Shown here: positions 60,164-64,000 of the stretch, piece by piece | Numbering within the stretch: the first letter of the stretch is position 1 | Layout: each line of letters begins with the position of its first letter | Assembly: GCA_977016875.1 (NCBI GenBank) | Contig: CDRNST010000006.1 | Coordinates: forward strand, 6,758,001 to 6,822,000 | Reading direction: 5' to 3' | Length of the DNA stretch: 64,000 nt | Source of the DNA: Pavona decussata | Lineage: Eukaryota | The notes under the pieces: model-generated | Told to the model about the DNA's origin: nothing | Databases searched by the model: none | Seen by the model: only the letters and a program-made list of their open reading frames with translations | Translations under genes and position numbers: made by a program

Positions 60164-61820
60164 GAGGGTCTGGATGGGGGGGTACAAATGTCAGTTGTCA
60201 GTAAAATTTTAGGTTATTTGTCAGTTGTCAGTTAAATTTTGGGCCATTTGTCAGTTGTCAGTTAAATGGCTGTTAATAATTAACTACAGATTTTAATAAT
60301 TTCTTGAGGACCCAAATAAACTTAAACGTCATGTAAGACAGATAGGAGCGTACCCTGATAACCGTAAAAGTATTGTAAAAGCCTGTTTCTGGTTAATGTT
60401 TAATTTTATGTTTACATTTTTGCAACAACAATCGTTTCTTTGGCCTTTATACAAATCATCCCATGGCCACTTTACTAAGAACATACCTTATGAATCCAAG
60501 CGAAAATGGGCGCGTATTGGTCGGCCAGACCTTGAAACTGCGACAGGTGAAATTTCCTCCTCAGTGTCAGAGATATCGTTGTCTGAAGCTGTATCGTACT
60601 CGTCCTCTTGTGGAGGTCGCACAGTACCAACGACCACATCAATGAGACAGTCATTTACAAATGTGACTTCTGTAACATCATTAGATGGCACCTCAGGACT
60701 GATTCATCTTCAACATCTCTGTTGAGTCGTTCTGGATCTTCCGTGATGGAATTGCTCTCTTCGTCTGGCATAAAGTTTACTTTACTGCAATCTGGTGGCT
60801 TCGTATACACCGCTGGTGGTAGAGCCCCTGCTTTGTCCTTTGTAGTCTCACCCCTGACTGTTCTTTGTCTTACTGGACGATACTTCTCTACCAATTCTTT
60901 CATGGCAGTCTCCGTTTCAGCGCTAATCTCTGCTGACGGAAGCGGTTGCATGAATTTTATACTTTCAAAAGCGATGGTCTTTTGTAAAGTCTCCTTTGTG
61001 ATGGTTCCAAAGTCTTGGGAATACTGTAAGGCGGTGAACGTCTCATGTTTGAAATGGGAGACAGCGTGAATGTTCTCCACAACTGTTGTGAGTAACGTGC
61101 ACAACTCAACCTCTTCAAGGTATTCTTTGTTTAATAGTCACAGCTATGCTGTCATGCAGCCGGCGCATTCCTTGTTCCAGAAGCATTAGTTCACTGCCTG
61201 TTTCCTCCAGCACGCTTGGCAGCTCCATTTTCCACTGACCATCTGTGATTATCGCAAAATTTTCGCTTCTTCCTCCCTGCTTCGGTGCCATGCGGTAAAG
61301 TTTTAAATCAAACTTTTCAAGGCCGAATTTTATTGCCAGTTCTCTCAGCCCAAGAAATGACAACCGATGCTTCTTTAGAGACTGAACTGTCTCTAGCTCA
61401 TCGCAATTGATTGGAATACGGCTTCGGTGTCGTTCGAATGCCGTATCCGAATCAACGCGGCAAAAGCTAGCAATCGCCTTTATTACGCCGGAACGAGCGG
61501 ACATGGTATAGACTCGGCATATTACTAGAGCGCGTTCCACGTAAATTTGGGTCATGTTAGAAATAAACTATTAACTAATATGAATTGTTAGTATAAAATA
61601 TGACGGCCTACTCTGCTGCTGTTTATTGTAGACGTTTGTTTGGTGATTTGGTATAAAATATATCAATTATTAGCCGAAAAACGTACCAGCAGGTCTTTCG
61701 TCAGTTGTCAGTACCAGCGAGTATAAATGTCAGTTGTCGGTTAAATTTTATGCTATTTGTCAGTTGTCAGTTAAAATTTTGGCTATTTGTCAGTTGTCAG
61801 TTAACCCCATCCAGACCCTC
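60164..61820 (-). mobile_element. Unclassified DNA transposon derivative (1657 bp), 16-bp TIR, 6-bp TSD
   Basis: TACTAT|GAGGGTCTGGATGGGG ... CCCCATCCAGACCCTC|TACTAT, with subterminal TGTCAGTTGTCAGT repeats. Absent at paralogous sites ~6065 and ~24855. Confidence 0.9.
60488..61555 (-). pseudogene. Internally deleted ORF remnants of the element (putative transposase or accessory protein)
   Basis: Three consecutive minus-strand ORFs: 61555-61115, 61104-60655 (VENIHAVSHFKHETF...QDFG) and 60691-60488 (acidic tail, SRSGRPIR). Family not recognised. Confidence 0.55.
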
Positions 61821-62164
61821 TACTATTGGTAAGCGGTGAAGCGACGAGTTGTTTTTGACAGCTAGAACGACGAGGAACCAATCAGTATCTTTTGTATCTC
61901 AGAAACGAGAAGTCAATAGAATATTCTCTTTATTCCTTCCTCTCCCCCGTCATTCCTCGTTTAATCGTTAATTTGTATAATTTGTGGATATCTGTTCTCG
62001 CGTAGGATCTGAGAAAAAAACAGTACTATTAATCGCAATCTAACGAAATTCGAAACTAGGGCTTTAATAAATTCTATGTCGTGGTTTTTATATTGAGGAC
62101 ATCAAACAATCCCTATTAATAAATCACATGATTTTTGTATTCGAGAGTTTTACGTTGTCCTTAG

Positions 62165-63740
62165 CTGGCTGCAATGAGCTCACGAGAGTCGCCGTCAACG
62201 GCATCTTACAACGCCGAGAAGGCGGGAAAGGACGTGACCATGGCAACCGGGATAGTAGCAGCAGTGTTAGCGATTCTCCGTACCAGGTTAGCTCGGTCAG
62301 TACCCTGAGAGACAGTGAGAGTAGGAGAGGTAATGCCTGTTGCATTGGTTAAGTTAAATATGTATATTTGTAGTGGAGAGAAACACAAATTTTTACAAAT
62401 GCCTGTTGTCCGACAAACTTGTTGGCCTGTGCTGATGGACCTAAGCAGCTTTCTTGTTGGTAACTATCTTCTATTTTGTAGTTTGGTAACATTTCTTGTC
62501 AGATATCCTTATTTTAAAGTTGGCTGAGCTCAAGTTTTTATTGGTTACTACTGTCAAAGGCGTTCTCGCCCCAGTCCCTTTGGGCAGAGGGACGGAAAGT
62601 AGGGAGTGGGGAGGGGAGGTTGGCCGAGGAGTTGCTTTCAGTTTTTGCGAGCTTGTTACTTACTTCTCTGTGCCTCTGAGTGCTCGTACATTTGTAAGAG
62701 ATTACGTGCTAACGATAAACAAGAAATTCTAATAAGTTATGATTAGAGGTATTTATCAAGTCAAGGAAAGACTTTCATTTCCTCTGTACAATCATAAACA
62801 CTTACACTTACTTAATAAAATTAAAAAAAAACCCTTACAGAAGGAGGAACCGTTGGCGAAAGTCTCCCTGCTTTTTAGACTCGTCTGAAACGTTGTTTTG
62901 AAAATTTCAACAAGTATTTCTATCAGCTTTAAGAACCACAGGAAAATATTTTGTTTCTTGTAACAAGAAAGCATTTAATTTAATGTGGTGCTAGAGAGAA
63001 GGAAATTAATGCTTGTTGACTTTTCAATAAATGCTCACGCTATCCGCAGTGAGAATTTTACCCACAGTCTCTAAGACAAGAACCACCTTTTTAAGCATAA
63101 TGTATGGGGCTACGGGAAAGAACTGCGTGGTAGTTTTTATTTGGATGGTTTGAATGGTGACGCTTAGAATTTCAACCGAAGACTCAAAAGTTATAACCAT
63201 TTTTTACAGCGTAATAAACGTTATCACAGGAAAGTACTGCTCAGTTGCATAATCAAAAATGAGAAACACCTGGAGCTTAATTATACAACATAATACTAGT
63301 ACCACAGCAAAGTTTTGCTTAGTAGCTTTCAACTTATTGGTCACACATTAGAATGCCAACTACAGAATCAAGGAAGAACTGTCATGTATAGCATCATTAA
63401 TAACACCATAGGAAAGTACTGGTCACTACCATTGAAATGGTCACATTTTGGTTTTTTATGAAAGACCCAAGGTTATCTCATCTTCCCTGTGCGGATTAGG
63501 ATTTAAATATGTGTTACCAGTAAATCGTGCTTTTCTCTCAGGATTCTTTCACTGAATTCAGTGAGAGAGAGCCAGGTGAAGTGACGCCTCGAGATCCAAT
63601 GGCTGTTCTGTTGAACTGCATTCAGAATTACAGGCCGTCAGCAGATAATAGCGCCAGCGAAGGAGAGTTGTTAACAGAGCATCTGCGCATGCCTAATGGA
63701 GTTCAGGGAAAGACTGAATCAAAGGAACCTGGTGAAGTAG
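62165..63740 (+). pseudogene. Fragment of neighbouring gene (TALPID3-like?), copy C; third exon beyond window
   Basis: Exon 62165-62329 is 2 nt shorter than in copy A (frameshift). Exon 63542-63740 has its donor GT mutated to AT. Confidence 0.7.
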
Positions 63741-64000
63741 ATTAGTGATACTGTTGACGCTAGTTTATTTATCAGAATTGCTTAAGAATAATCATCCCGG
63801 CAAATCTCTTAGTATTACATTGGATATTCAAGGACGTTCACTGAATTTTATTCTTGGACAATTTAGAAGGTAACTGATTAGCCCTTTCATTCTTGGAGTG
63901 AACAAAGAAAAAAATGAATAAATAAAGAAACCGGTTGAGTCTGTGGTTGGACTACTCAACTAAAAGCTATTCAGTAGTACTTTTTATCTTGGTCGCTCTT

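Larger units (their letters stand above)
1..64000. repeat. Tandem segmental-duplication array (5 units; basic unit ~10.7 kb or ~6 kb before TE insertions)
   Basis: The same exons, introns and intergenic blocks recur. The exon-3 acceptor TCTCCCTAG lies near 540, 11240, 33676, 48380 and 54436. Upstream block ~1400-6400 recurs at ~20000-25100 and ~55350-62150. A second upstream type recurs at ~41700-46550 and ~49150-52150. Confidence 0.97.

Overview
Eukaryotic, AT-rich, intron-containing DNA. The repeat families and GPCR types suggest a cnidarian, probably a stony coral (inference, not verified). The whole window is a tandem segmental-duplication array. It holds five copies of a 3-exon minus-strand gene for a ~263-aa secreted protein: signal peptide, RRHKR basic cleavage site, and a fibrinogen-related-like domain. 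Copies 4 and 5 are intact, copy 1 runs off the window edge, copy 2 is frameshifted and copy 3 is split by a hAT element. The copies are near-identical except in five short hypervariable patches that are shuffled in mosaic fashion. Three units also carry the last three exons of a convergent plus-strand gene, possibly TALPID3/KIAA0586-like. Paralogous empty sites define many insertions: an 8-kb TTAA-flanked Kolobok-like element with ~600-bp TIRs, no visible transposase and two damaged GPCR genes as cargo; a full-length Gypsy element with near-identical LTRs, a -1 frameshift signal and a MYND finger ahead of the protease; a hAT derivative; a second Kolobok-like element; an unclassified 6-bp-TSD element with ORF remnants; a Penelope-like remnant with a hammerhead-like core; solo LTRs, RTE LINE fragments and MITEs. 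All calls are from reading the sequence by eye; no database searches were run.
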